64,000 nucleotides of DNA from Amoeboaphelidium protococcarum X5. Its lineage: Eukaryota; Fungi; Aphelidiomycota. The stretch spans positions 1,824,164 to 1,888,163 of the forward strand of contig JALDTO010000098.1 of NCBI GenBank assembly GCA_023515725.1, written 5' to 3'. The stretch's first letter is position 1; each line of letters opens with the position of its first letter. Shown here piece by piece: positions 1 through 11,490 of the stretch. The position numbers were made by a program, and so were the translations under genes. Under the pieces are notes generated by a model that did not search any database, was not told the origin of the DNA, and was given only the letters and a program-made list of their open reading frames with translations.

Positions 1-177
1 TGTTCTAAATAAGTGTATTTTATGAATACTTATCTTGATGAGGACCGGTGGCCTCTCTCTCTCTCTCTCGTTGTCTCTTACCATTCGTCTTATTTTGGAA
101 CGATTTGATCTTCAGCGTCAAACCGTCGATTGTGATATTTCTTTTTGAATCGTTTTAAATTGAATAACTTATAAACA

Positions 178-3100
178 ATGCCGTTTCGCGTCGTTGGTCT
201 CATAAGGTAGGATATTTTGCTTTTATAGTGTGTATATCATTAGATGATAACCAATACTTTAACTGTGCACTAAATGTAGTGGTGGTAAAGACTCTATATT
301 CAATCTGATTCATTGTCAATAGAATGGGCATGAACTGGTGTGTCTTGCCAATTTATATCCCCACTAGATGGACTGTGAAGAGATGGACAACTACATGTAT
401 CAGACGGTGGGACATGATGTAATACCTATGATTGCGCAATGTATGGATCTTCCATTGATTAGAGAGCCACTTAATGATGCTCATAGTTCTTAGAGTGGTA
501 GTGACGCGTCTGATCGTGATTAAAATGACTTGGGCGCTTTGTATCGCCTATTATACCGAGTTAAATCGTAATATCCTCATGTGGACGCAGTATCAGTTGG
601 TGCTATAGCATCAGACTATTAGAGAGTGCGCGTGGAGTCTGTGTGCTCACGTCTTGGTCTACGCTCTCTGTCTTATTTATGGAATCAGCCTTAAATTGGT
701 ATACTGCGATAGATGTTGCGGTGCAATATGAAGATTCTTATAGTAAAAACTGCGGCTTATGGTTTAGATGCAGATAAATATTTGGGTAAGATTATAGATG
801 ATAATATGGTGTAATCCTTTACGAAGATGAATACAGAGTTTGGATTTCATGTCGCTGGAGAAGGTGGTGAATATGAGACGTTGGTCCTGGATTGTCCTCT
901 GTACACATGTGGTTCAATTGTATTACATGAAGTAGAAGTTCCATAGTAAATAAAAGTTGATGAGTACACTAGTTATATCAAGTTATCCTCTGGCAATCTC
1001 TAAATTATCAAGTGCGTTGATGGTTCTAAATCTGAGCTAGAGATGGACTTGATACCTCCTAAAGACTTCTTCATTAATGAGATGATTGCTGAATAAGCTC
1101 AGTTCTTAAAATCTGGATTAGTTGAGAGTTCTGTAACACAAACACTGCCCATAAATACTCTCCATCTTGATGATGCGAATGCTAGTAAGTAAAATTAGGG
1201 ACAATTCGTTAGATCATCATTTCAGTTAAAGGTCAAAGATCCCTCATAATATGACTAGGAAGTATTATAGTTTCTCTCTAATGCCAAAATGTAATTCATA
1301 AATGCTGAGCCGTAGTATTTGTAAATCGTGATGGTCTATGTTAAACTACGTGATCTTCCATCAAACTTTGCCAGATTTAATGCTCAGTATAAGCGCTGCT
1401 TTGAACAATAATATGAGAACGATTATGATTTTACACCTGATATGGAGCCGCCATGTAGAGCTTGCGTTGGATGTGATAATATGGACTGCGATGTCGAGCT
1501 TGAAGTCACAGCGTATAAAATGCCTGTAGGTGATAATATTAAGTGTCTGTCAAAGCTGTGTAAGATGCATGTTTAGAGTCTATCCTACTGGGCTCCGTGT
1601 AATATTGGTCCGTACTCTTAGCTTATTTCTATTCCATCATCGATTGAACATGGATAAGATGGAGCATTACGACTGCATTGTGGTAGAGTTTACATTGCCG
1701 GTCAGATTGGTTTAATTCCAGAGACGATGAAATTGGCTGATGGCATCTTGCAGCAAATGTATTGGTCGCTTTTAAATACATTTTAGGTGATCAATGCAGG
1801 ATTGTACAGAGGCGTATCATTAAGACATTTTGATGGCTAAAGTTTTGGGCCTATTGTTTCGTAGTGGCTTGAGTAGAATCTTTTACTTTAATGCATATGC
1901 TACTATGACATGGAGCAATGCAAAGGATGGAATCTGAAAGAGACTTGGCGGTTATGTCTGAACTAACTCTGTGGCATAGAGCGTGATTAATATCTTCCGT
2001 TTATCGCGGTGCCAGTACAAAGTTTGCCTATGAATGCTGCCGTAGAGTTGGTTTGTGAGTTTTCGCCAGTGGATATTTTTGATTCCAGCCTACTAACTCA
2101 TACTGCAATGTCTCAATCTGAGTAAGCTGATTCTTAGGATCTAGTGTCATAATTTGCCATCAAATACGTTCATGATTAGTATAAAGATTACTCTACACAG
2201 CTGGCAGTCCTTAATGGTAAATTGTTGAGTGCTGTTATTACTCAAAACCGCTCGATTGATACTGATAGCCTCAAATGGAGAAGATGTATAGATCAGTTTA
2301 GACATGGCACATACAGCTTTGACAATTAACTGACAACTTTTGATAGAAGCCTAATTGATTCCTCTAAAATTTAAAATTAGAATGCTTATGGTTAGTCTGT
2401 GGTTTTTAGATACCAGCCTGACATTTAAATCTATCCTAGTGGCGATGAAGTTCGTGTTCTTGTACTTCGTCGGCAAGATGACCGTTATTAATCAGCTATT
2501 GGAAGTCGGTTGTAGGCTCTTGGCTATTCCAAGTATCGAATCAATTTTCTTTAAGTGCTTGATGTAAAAGTGTCTTCTGATTATACTTTACTGGGTATAG
2601 ATCAGCTGAGTAAAAACACCGTCATAGTAAGTAGTTAGAACGCGGTTAATTACATCAAAAATTATTTGATGCACTATAAATCAGAAGCTGAGACTTTGAC
2701 TTTGAAGATTGCTGTTGTTGGCCCTTAGACTGCGTAAAAATTATAGACGGACTTGACTGGTTTGATTCGGCATTTGGAAATAGTATAGGTGGAGAATTGT
2801 GCGGCTGATCTTGCTGAATCTCTCGTAACTTCCTCAGATCTATCAACTTCCTCCTTCCTCCATCTGTGTGGAGATACAAGACGCGATGATATATCAACTA
2901 GACTCACACAATATGGACTTTAATTCAGTGAATGTGTAGTTTATCGTTCCGAGTGTCGTTCAGGCGAGTAAGTACGTTCGTAGTTGAACATGAATGATTA
3001 TCAGTCGACTTCGATCAAAATCTTCGTGTTTGGAATGAGTCCTTTAGGTGTCAATGCATCTTTCGATATAATATCTAATCTATCCGGCCGTATTGTTTGG

Positions 3101-3229
3101 ATTGCAATTGGATAAAGTACTGCTAGTAGAATACAAGAGTTGCAGTAAGAAGAAGAATCAACGAAACTCTGGTAACTTCGCGTTGCAGAAGAACCATAAC
3201 CAGACAGTATGTGTAAATGTATCTTTTGA
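178..3229 (+). CDS. DPH6: Diphthine-ammonia ligase (Dph6 ATP-PPase + 2 RidA/YjgF-like domains) fused to a C-terminal uroporphyrinogen III synthase (HemD/UROS) domain, ~992 aa
   Basis: Exon 178-206, intron 207-279 (GTAGGA..TGTAG), exon 280-3229 open to TGA with TAR=Gln. Dph6 motifs: VVGLISGGKDS, MYQTVG, GAIASDYQRVRVE, GEGGEYETLVLDCPL, HVQSLSYWAPCNIGPYSQA, IAGQIGL, SLPMNAAVE. From ~2441 HemD motifs: VIVSSQNAV, VVGPQTA, LCGDTRRD, ECVVY, SPLG, AIGQSTA, AEEPQP. Confidence 0.9.
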
Positions 3230-5740
3230 TGACATCATCGCATAAGAATATATTCTAAATAATCATTTAACCCAGAGCTCTCTCGCGCGTGGCGGAGAGC
3301 TTCTGGTTTGCCCCGAACCTCATAAGGATGTTGTTGTTGTTGTTTTTGTTTAAAATGGAAGAAATTAAACACATAAAGTTGAAACCGTGTATTATATCTT
3401 CTTAGCAGTAAATCATCATCAGTGAACATTTGCGTGTCGGAGCAAATGGATAAAAATCAGACTACTGTAGTCTTTTCTTTTTGGTGAAATGGTTGCTACG
3501 GTAGGGGATTACTCTTGTTTAGTGACGTAAATTTGTTGAACGCATTCTGCTATTATGTTCACTTTTGATAAGTTGCGTCACAGTCACCGTAGATGACTAG
3601 TTCTAGGGCAGCAGTTAAACCAGCATTTTCTTAATGTCTTTCCATACCATTGGCGCCTTTTAGTTACGGGATACCCAGTTTGTAATTAGCACGAATTGCG
3701 TTCCGGCGGTGCGTTTTTTCACGGTTGCATCCAGAGTCTTGTAAGTCGGATTTTAGAGTGAATTCTTTTCAACTTACTTTAAAGTTGAAATTGCGGATTG
3801 GTCATCAGAGTCTTAACTGGCAGTATTTTCTAATTTAGAGCATAAGTGCGATTCTAAAGAGATGAGTTGTATCAAGGACTTTTGTTGCATGGTGAAATAT
3901 GCTAAAGTAGTAAGAGTCAAGCTATTCCATTTATTCGCGGTCTTTACCCTGATAACACATTATTCAATGTAACGACGCGTTACCCGACTCACCAAAAAAG
4001 TGAAAATGAAAAAAATGTGATTGACATATAAATAAATTTTATTAGTAGCTAATTCACAAGACTAATTGTCCTTCTGAATACTCTTAGCGAGCTTATATCA
4101 GCCGCCCTTACAGGAAGAAGAATCATATGACCTTCTTGATGAAAATTAGTAAGCACAGTCACCTTTCGGGACCGGAACCTGGATAGCTCTCTGATACATC
4201 CAACTTGTTTCACGCTACAGGCAACCTTTCTCTCTTCCTTCCTTCCTCTTCATCGTCACCGCCGTCATCATTTAACTTCCGCTTGAAGCGTAGCTTGATG
4301 CCTGTCTGCCCATTTACCATTCTTCTGGGCTCCTTTATCACTACCACTGATAACTACGGTAGATTTAATTTCCTTCTCTTATTAGCCTCTTCACTGGGGA
4401 CTCCAGCGTCACCTCTCCTTACGCGTGATTGATTCTTGGTGACATTGTTATTGAGTTTCATATCCCTAATTCTGTGGCAAATTTCTTTCCATTTATCAGA
4501 GCCGTTACGTTCAGACCATATTATTTGGAGTAGACTAATGATACAAATGTGATTGAGAACAAACTCATTTTTATATAATGTCTCATTGAACTACCTTGTC
4601 ACTTTGATGAAGAATATACTTTCAAAACTCAAAATTCGACCAGTCAACCACCAATTTTTCTCCACTGTGTTGCTGATAGAGTTGTCCATAATCTTATTTG
4701 TCTAAAGACTTCAATTTAGTGACTTTCACAGATCCAACACAAAACCAACTTTGAATTCATCTCTAATACGATACAGCCTTGGCTTAACATCCACTTTCAC
4801 AAGATCGCCTGGAACCAAATTATCAATATCCGACTTGGTTTTAATATCCTAGACCGGGAAACAAGGACAGTAACGCTTATTTTCAGGAATCGCCTCACCT
4901 TCGTACTTGTGAGCAGCAGTCCCCTTCTGCACAGTTAAAACATACTGTGACAAAGTGAGCAATTTCCCTTTTAGTCCTGCAAAATCTTACTACACCCATC
5001 CATCTTTAAGAGCCGACATAACAGCATTATGAAGACTGGCCATTAATTTCTTGTTGGAAGAAGTGTAGTATCACATATCAATTATATTGTACATGATAGC
5101 TGTTGATCATATTCATTATGTACTCGTCCGGAAACTCGCCTCTGTATTTGAATCAGTAGTTTGTGTCATTTCAGCTACAGACTGCCACATGAAAGTACAC
5201 ATTTACTTGGAGCGCTTCACTTCAGCTAGCACTTTTGAATTTTCTTTATGAACAGAAAGACTTTCATAATTGAGATTATAATACTGCATAGGTAAACCAA
5301 GGAAGAGGGTAGCTACAATATTACAAGGCAGTTATTGCATCTTGAATCGCTACTGCCAGACCCGTATCAGCAATGAAAGTGCATAGGTCTAGTGGCTATT
5401 GAAATGCGGCAATTAGCCACGCGGGTTGCTATGGACCAATGACTGTTTGGCAGCCATGGATATTAAAAACTAGATTTGATCTGCTTGTGATCTAGACTTT
5501 AAAACTTAAAATAGCACAAATGTGGGCTTTATTTAGCGATCAATTACCCTGACAACACGAAAATGGCATATGTATTTTGGAACCAGATTTTCTAGATAAG
5601 CCCGTACCTCACGGCCGTGAGGCTATAAATAGCCACACTCGCAACCGCCGCAAATTTGTTTGCTTGCCCGCGACTGTTGCACCGCCCCGAGCCTTTTGCA
5701 AGTCTTTTGCCGCCCTACGCCTTTTGAGGTTCGGGAATAT

Positions 5741-6601
5741 TCATCTCCTCTTATAAGTACATGGTTCTAGCAACTGTAACTTATTATCCTTGCAATTCCA
5801 CCGCTCACTCACCTTGATAAAGTCTAGAAATATGAACATCTTGATCTACTTGCGCGATTTAACTCTAAATCCATTATGCTCTAAAAATTGAATAAATTTC
5901 CCAGCTCCGTCATCATTACCGCCACCACCACTTTTTAATCTACTCTCAACTTCTGCAATCATTAAGATTCCATTAACCTTCAATATTCGGTGCGCCTCAC
6001 GAAGAAACTGAACATGATCAGTGCCCATCAATGCTAATGAGAAAATGACCAAATCTTATGTCTGATCCTTCAAAGGAGTATGTGCGATATTACAAGCGGT
6101 CACTAATGGATTATCAGCGGGCTGGGCCATATCAAATGAGTTGATACTGAGCATCTTGCTCCTCCTCTGAGTGGAAAACGCGTCATATAATTCAACGGCG
6201 AGACGACCTTCACCACATCCCATATCAGTGATACTTGTAGTTTGATTAGATTTCAATCTATCAGCTATTATTTAGCGCGTCTTCTTAATAATAACATCTA
6301 GCGGGTTGATGGGCCACCCTTACACCTATTCCCTGAATCCACAATGATAATGCTGGAATAGCGAAGGATCCTTTGTAAATTTGGTGAACGCATCATCACT
6401 AGGAGTGGTGTACAATTACTCATTCAGCATTCTAAAGCGCGCACCATTCAGTTTCACGGCGACTTTATCAAGGGCAGACTGCTTCTTCTTTTACTTTACT
6501 ACACCAGAGTTGGCACTATTATAGCGATTACTACTCGAAGCTTTCTTATGGCTGCTGTCCTTCTACTTTTGTTACTTATTCAATCGCGATTTTAATGTCA
6601 T
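5741..6601 (-). CDS. RRP8: Ribosomal RNA-processing protein 8 (25S rRNA m1A methyltransferase), 286 aa
   Basis: KLNGARFRMLNEQLYT, YHCGFREQVQGWPINP, DMGCGEG, FSLALMGT, EAHRILK, IAEVESR, CTYKRR-TGA; single frame with TAR=Gln. Confidence 0.93.
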
Positions 6602-6743
6602 TTTCAATTTGATAGTATTTCATTGATAAACAAAAGATTGGATATCACAAAAGAGTTTATAAAAGCAATAATAATAAAGTTCATGGTACAAATAAACATG
6701 GTAAGATCAAAATAACATCACAGCATATATGTAATACCGCTTA

Positions 6744-7804
6744 TCATACAGACATTGTGCTGGCAACTTGGATCTGAGTGACTTCATTACCATCTTACAT
6801 CATGGAATCAGCTTACATCTAAGCCTGAGCATCTAAAGCCCTCTCACCGCTTTAATCGTCACCCTCTTCCTCTTCTCCGTCATCTTCCTCATCGTCTTCC
6901 TCGTCCTCATCATCATCATCCTCGTCATCTTCACCTAAATCTTCTTCACCAAGATCTTCATCCTGATCATCCCCTGCCTCATTATCATCGCCCATATCGT
7001 CTTCGTCGTCGTTCATCATGTCCATATCGACATCTTGTACAGCCAAGTCAAGTTCTGCTGGCTCTTCATCAGGATTTCCCTCAACCACAGGCAGTTCTAA
7101 TTATTCACCCTCTACATGAGAATTAAAAACGACAGAATTGATCATTAGATACAAACAGTGTCAGGTCAACGCCAAATAGGCAATTCCTACCTTTAGTCCA
7201 TGCAATAGGGAAGCGGGTAACACGAGGCTTGTCACTCAAGATGGAGCGTGCGATGCGATCCCATTACACTTCTGTAGGTGGATTCTCTTTCAGCTACTCG
7301 TCCATATACTCATTATTGACGTAGTAACCGACGCGCACAAATTCATGGTTCAAGTAGGAGCAGGTTAGCAGAACTACAGTGACTCCAATTGCATCTGTAG
7401 AAGGAATCTTTTCAATCTAAGGAGCTGGTGCCTACAAATTAGCAAGTATTTGGTGGTATTTATTGACAAAATCATGAAGGCATTCGCAATAAATAGAATG
7501 AACCATACCTAAAAGACAAACTTGTTCACACCGACCGGCACTGGACCAACCATAATGTTATCTAGTACTTGATCATGTTCTTCACTCTCGGCACTACCAA
7601 CATAGATGATTCTCCACTCTAAATCTACACAATCATAAAAGTAAGACAAGTCTCAAGGTATATGGCATATATTATAATAGTAAGCAAGTAAATACCTTCT
7701 TCAAGAGCAGCAATACATTCGAAAGTAATCTCAAATTGAAATGGATTTCTGAACGGAGCCGGATTGTCCAACACCTGGACATCCAGAATATTCACCAACG
7801 ACAT
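6744..7804 (-). CDS. ASF1: Histone H3/H4 chaperone Asf1 with long acidic tail
   Basis: [78 protein letters not shown]; introns 7625-7695, 7432-7508, 7112-7190; D/E-rich C-terminus. Confidence 0.95.
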
Positions 7805-8109
7805 ATTTTAATTTATAAATTGATTATAAAGACAGGCAGTTAATAGCGTATACAGCGATAATAGCGATATTGAATGAATGCTATATAAAGAACACGTAAG
7901 AATCTGTGCAGAGTAAACGGCTGACAGAAGAGGAGAAATAGAAAAGAGCTTTCTCTAAAACGCGATGAAACTGTTTCAGAGATTGCGCATTTCTCATTTT
8001 GGGCAAGTTTGACTGACTTTCAGCGTATCCGTTTGTACGCCGCTTTGAAACACTCAGTTTCGTTTGAAACGCGTCTTTCTATGGCTTGATGATACATGGT
8101 GGCGTAATG

Positions 8110-8148
8110 AGAGACAGACAGAGAGAGAGAGAGAGAGGAAGAGAGAGT
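8110..8148. repeat. (GA)n microsatellite-like tract between ASF1 and the aquaporin
   Basis: gagacagacagagagagagagagagaggaagagagag; similar (CT)n tracts at ~53-69 and ~42113-42139. Confidence 0.8.
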
Positions 8149-8276
8149 GATGAACAATTGTAGAAGCAAAATGTAAAAGTTGTCTCATTAAGAAACAAGC
8201 GCATTCATACGTTCATTCTAAGACATTCATTCATTCAATATCCGTTGTGGTACTACAATGTCATCCAGTTGTCAAT

Positions 8277-9469
8277 TCATTTCTTCTGGTTAGCAATGGA
8301 AAAGAATTTCTGTTGCACTAGTCCAGCAAGGCCTGCACCTGTGAAGTCGCCTAACCAGTACAGCCACAGATAATTTCCATTCCAAGAGCACAAGGCCGGG
8401 CCGAATGCTCTCGCCGGATTAAACGCGCCACCAGAGACACTACCGCCAAGGAAGCACAAGAATCCCAACGTCAGTCCAATTGACAATGGAGCGAATCCGG
8501 CCTTGCTTGAACCTGTTGTGGTGTAGATCGTCATTTTGGCGCTCTTCTTTGCCGCTTGAGGATCTTTGATTTCATTGCCGCGCGCATCGATCAGTTTCAC
8601 ATCAGTGTGATCACTATTGACTGTATCAAATGCAGTTGCGAATATCACATACACCAGAATGAATGATAGAATAATTTCCATTACCAAAGCCCTGGCTAGA
8701 TTAGTGTCAGCGGCAGGTGAGACAACAAGAGAACTCACCACGCTAGTCACTGTTCCATCAGCCGCCACAGAGGGAGGAAAAACAATCGTCAGTAGGAGCA
8801 TGGCAATCAATGAAGCAAATAGTTACATCCCAATATAGACTAAACCTTTCGCCAGAGTGGTCTTACCAGTTACAATAGTTGCAAAAGTTACAGCGGGATT
8901 AAAATTAGCACCTGAAACATCAGCAAAAGAATAGATGAGAGCAATAGCACAGAAAGCCGTAGCAAGTCCACCCACAACAGTGCCTTCTTGATCTGCATGC
9001 CCGGCTCTCGTCACATTGATACCCACAGCGCAGACTACAAATATGAAAATCAAAGTCACCAAAAACTCTGCAGCAGCAGCTCTAATCATCTACAAGATTG
9101 GCAATGAGATTATATAACGCAAAACGTTGAAAATCTTCGTAGTATTGAGTGTAAACTTACCACTTTACGATTGGCAGCCTTAAACTCATCGAGGTTAAAT
9201 AGCTTCTTTCGCTACTCTGCAAAATTTTGCGGGATAGTATCTTGTACTCTATTAACGACATTACCCACTGCCGCCTGTATATTGGCAGACTTTTACTGCA
9301 GAGATAAAGATGCCGCCTATCTAGTGGAGTTGATACCAGCTGAAGTAGGATTGTCCAAATCTTGCGACTACAGAGACAGATTATCGTCATCATCATCGAC
9401 GAATCCCGCATTCTAGCTCAGTGGATCTTGCTATCTATCATCAATGCGAACAAAGCCAGAATTGGACAT
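8277..9469 (-). CDS. Aquaporin / major intrinsic protein
   Basis: AEFLVTLIF, SGANFNPAVT and SGGAFNPARAFGPA (two NPA boxes), hydrophobic helices; intron 9090-9160; ~100 aa hydrophilic N-terminus. Confidence 0.92.
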
Positions 9470-10176
9470 TTTAGCTTATATTGCTTATGTTTAGAAATTG
9501 ATTCTCACAGTTGAAACAATGAGGCTGTTTTGGATGAGAAAACGATGTTTGAGCGATAAAGCTTAATTCACCAAGGCTCAGAAAGTTTAACAGCTGAGTA
9601 TAAAAATAGACGTTTTAGAGTTGTCACTATGAAGACATCATTATGACATCCTTCAAACAGAGAAACACTCTTGACTAATGATTGAAGTTGATTACGGCTG
9701 TTATTTAATTGAACATTGATCTTGGTAACATTTCCGCGCTATAATTCACTAGGTAATTTAATAATTGCAATGTGGCTTTGTCACTCGCCGACTTTAACTG
9801 TTGTAGCAATGCTTAGGCCATGTGACTATCAATTGTAACCTGTCCATAACTAATGATCATTTTACCTAATGTCAGCAGCCACATCAGACTACAGTATGCA
9901 GAATATAAAAGCAAGTGAGAAAAGCGTGCCCAGGTAATGTCTTCTTCTTTCCAACACTTGAATAAGTTTTGCTCTATTCATATGATTTGTGACCGTCCAT
10001 GTCAAGTTTACACGTCGATGAACAAAAATTTGTGCATAGCACAGCCAGGTCACACGGGATCACTAAACAGCACGCGCAAGTATCTTATTGGAAAGTCACG
10101 AGCACCAAATCAGTACAATTAGAACAGAATACCTAGGACCACTATCTTTTCTTTCTATTGTATTCAAGCAATAATC

Positions 10177-11076
10177 ATGAAATTCTTAATAATTATTTCC
10201 GCGTGTGCCATGTTGGTCATGCCTCTTCCGTAAAACGCAGGTGCTAAACCTCCATCTGCCAAAGCTCCTGCCGTCAAAGCTGCTCCTGCTTAAAAGTAGG
10301 CTACCCCTGCCAAAGCTCCTGCCGTCAAGGCTGCGCCTGCGCAAAAAGCTGCTCCTGCTTAAAAACAAGCTACCCCTGCCAAAACATAAGCCTCAACCAA
10401 TTCCGGACGCGCGTTGCAAGCTCCGGTTCCTCCTACCGGTCCTTCTGGAGGTCCATCAGGTGGTGGCCCAGGTCAGCAGCCAGGCAACGTCCGTCCTTAG
10501 GGTCATCGTGCAGATATGCGTCTCCCCGAACATCGTCGCCCAACGCATCAAGCAGGTGCCACTGATCCAGCCGCCGCTGGAACAAGCTAATAAGCGGGTG
10601 GCGCTGGAAGTAGCCAATAAGCTGGTGGGAATGGTGCTGGAACAGGCCCTCAAGCGACAGGTGGTGCCGCAAGTGACTAGTTTTCAAAAGATACTGTATG
10701 GTATGCCTAAAACCCTGGCTCGTTATCAAATGCTCCGTCTTTAGCTGGTAGCGACTTTTCCAACGAAGACTTTTCGTCTGGGCCTTCTGTCGTGGCACCC
10801 GCACCTGGCGCTGTAGGGAGTGGTCAATCACCCGTTGGTGCAGGTCCTAGTCAGTCTTCTGCAGAATCAGCCCCTCTGACTGCGCAAGAACTCGCTTGGG
10901 CAAGATAACAAGCATAGCAGCTATAAAATGGGCAAGCGCAGCAGCAGTAAAATCCACAACAATAGCAAGAGTTCAATCAAGGTTCCTTATTCCCTCCTTT
11001 CCCTGCTACATAGTAGGACAGGAGCTTATTCCCTCCTTTCAACTCGCGTGATGAGTTAAAAAGAAGATCTGACTGA
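10177..11076 (+). CDS. Putative secreted low-complexity A/P/K/G/Q-rich protein, 299 aa
   Basis: MKFLIIISACAMLVMPLPQ signal-like N-terminus; AKAPAVKAAPAQK repeats; G/Q-rich middle; duplicated SLFPPF near the C-terminus; open ATG to TGA with TAR=Gln. Confidence 0.8.
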
Positions 11077-11490
11077 TCTCCTTCACCTCCAAAAATAGTT
11101 GCTTTTTTAGTATGTTGATGAATGATAGTTATAAAATAAGTGTTAAATTTCAGATTTAGGTGATAATTAAATGGATGCAACTTGACATTATGACAAGAAC
11201 ACGTATTGAAAGAAATGCCATGAACATCGTTGATTATTCGTCACAACGCGACCTTGATGCAATTGAAGCTACATGCTTCAAAGGACTTCATATTCATAAG
11301 CGAGATTAAAATTTATATCCAGAAGCTTTGACTGTATCCACTATTTAGCTATTTTTTAATGCGTTCTCTATTTTAGATTTCTTCAGGATATGACACCAGA
11401 AATTCACTCTAAATGTTTCAAATCTGATCGCTTCCGTTGTTTCAATTGTCTAAAAGTCAAGACATTTCCAACTTGAAATCACTATACACA

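Noticed and set aside
3209-3229. C-terminal CKCIF of the Dph6-HemD protein as a prenylation signal
   Set aside because: Cys residues are at -5 and -3, not the -4 position required for CaaX.
3634-4020. 128-aa plus-strand frame (MSFHTIGAFQ...) under TAR=Gln
   Set aside because: With only one stop codon, frames of this length arise easily by chance, and I recognise no motif.
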